DNA of 64,000 bases from Mustelus asterias (lineage: Eukaryota), in contig NC_135810.1 in the NCBI RefSeq assembly GCF_964213995.1, positions 81,034,001 to 81,098,000 of the forward strand, written 5' to 3'. Under the pieces are notes generated by a model. That model was not told the origin of the DNA, searched no databases, and saw only the letters and a list, made by a program, of their open reading frames with translations. Below, piece by piece: positions 62,466 to 64,000 of this stretch. The translations under genes and the position numbers were made by a program. Position 1 is the stretch's first letter, and each line of letters opens with the position of its first letter.

Positions 62466-64000
62466 CTAATACTTAACGGGCTCTAAAGCACTTGGGGACA
62501 TCCTAAGTTCATGAGAGGCTCTGTATAAATGTAAGTCTTGTCCTTTCTCATGGCTGTTTTAAAAAAGTGAGATCCTGCCCTTCGAAGATGCTTTAATTTG
62601 AGTAGATGATGAAAAGTGGATCGACTGAAAGTGGACTGCACAGTTGTCTTGTGGAAAAGTTTACTTTCCTGGCTGAAAGGCTTTATGAGGTAGGACATCC
62701 TTTGGGAAAGTTCCCTGGAATTCATTGTCCACAATGGGGGTTTCTCAAGCTTTTTGCTTGTGCTGCCGCCTCTCTCCATGTTTCAAAACTGTCCAGTGAT
62801 ACTGCAGTTAGCTTTTTTTCCTGACAATCCTGATTGAAACGGCTTAAAATAAAACTGTTGGACAAGCAGTTGGAGTAATTTACCATAGGTTTATTAAGTG
62901 TTGGGATTCCATAGGAAGGGTGCGTTGCTACTTTAACATGCTGTCTTGGTGAGACATGTGTAACTTTGCCTCACTTGTCAATAAGGTCACCAGTTGCCAT
63001 TGGTTGTAATGCATCATTTCTATAACAGAGTGGGTTCAATAGATAAAAATAATTGCTTTCTATAGTCCTTTTTTGAACTTACTTTCTTGAGATCTTGGCA
63101 ACCTGCAGCAGGCTGACAAGTGATATAAAACGCCAGAGACCTTGGTAAGACTGGAAGATCTCATCAGCAGCCAACAGGGGGTCGGAAAATCCCAGCCCCG
63201 GATTTTATTTCTCCTTTTCACTTTGTCTCTTTTGTTCTGTCGAGTCTCCCTTTTTTTTTACCTTTCTTTGTTTTATTTGCTACAGTCTTGTTGGTTTTAA
63301 TCAGCTCCTTTACTCTTGAAAACTTCTGAGTATTTGGTGGGGTAACTCTCTAGAATCTCACTCCAGGAACCATTGTTCTCATTGAGCCTTTTGCCATTTA
63401 TTTATTTGACAACAGCTGGCACCTGAGGCCCTGTTTTCACCTGACAGTCACAACTTCAAATGTCCAGCCCAGTTAGATGGATAGTGAGGAGGAGTAGGAA
63501 ACTTAGTCAATCCATAGCCGTGCCAGGCCTGGAGTCAATCATAATATTTCTACCACCAGGCTAACTGAGATCAGCTCTGGGAACTTTCCATTTGTACACC
63601 TCAGTTACTCAGTAGGTAACCTCACTGAGCCACCAGAAAACATATTTGTCTTTGTAATAAACCCCTGGACTTCCATGGGGTACACCTTTTGACCTCCCAG
63701 TAGGATTTGTAGAATACAAGTTCCTGGGTGATTGGTAATTACCTTACCAGTCGGAACTCATATCCTGAGCCCTTTATAAAGCAGGCCCCTGAGCGGGTCC
63801 ATTATTATAATGACCCGTTTGGGACCTGTATGCCTTCACCACTTTTACTTTGCACAATAAAGCACCGTTCCTTTACAGTTGACTCCTGAGTTATAACAAT
63901 CTCCATTGCATGAAATTAACCCAGCCCAACCACCCAGCTGTTTTGTTCCTCACCACAGAATCACAGAGTTATTACTATGCAGGAGACCATTCAGCCCATC

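Overview
Eukaryotic, repeat-dense genomic DNA, almost certainly from a cartilaginous fish (shark): HE1-type tRNA-derived SINEs and CR1/HER1-type LINE fragments occur throughout. No host protein-coding gene could be identified; there are only a few low-confidence exon candidates, so the window looks intergenic or intronic. Main contents: (1) a young, full-length Gypsy LTR retrotransposon (20049-24755, GGAAT TSD, two frameshifts) with no tRNA primer-binding site, where the PBS position holds a perfect 15-nt complement of its own LTR poly(A)-signal region; (2) a composite insertion (38310-39759) made of U2 snRNA 5' fragments, a Tx1/Keno-like RT fragment and two tandem copies of a ~330-nt hairpin-rich, U2-headed, A-tailed unit, a candidate U2-derived SINE and its partner LINE; (3) Penelope-like (GIY-YIG) elements with minimal hammerhead ribozyme motifs; (4) decayed Harbinger transposase and Myb/SANT genes plus MITEs; (5) a 4.6-kb C-rich minisatellite with ~950-1000 bp higher-order repeats. 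Family names come from recognising motifs by eye, not from database searches, and the boundaries of degenerate repeats are approximate.
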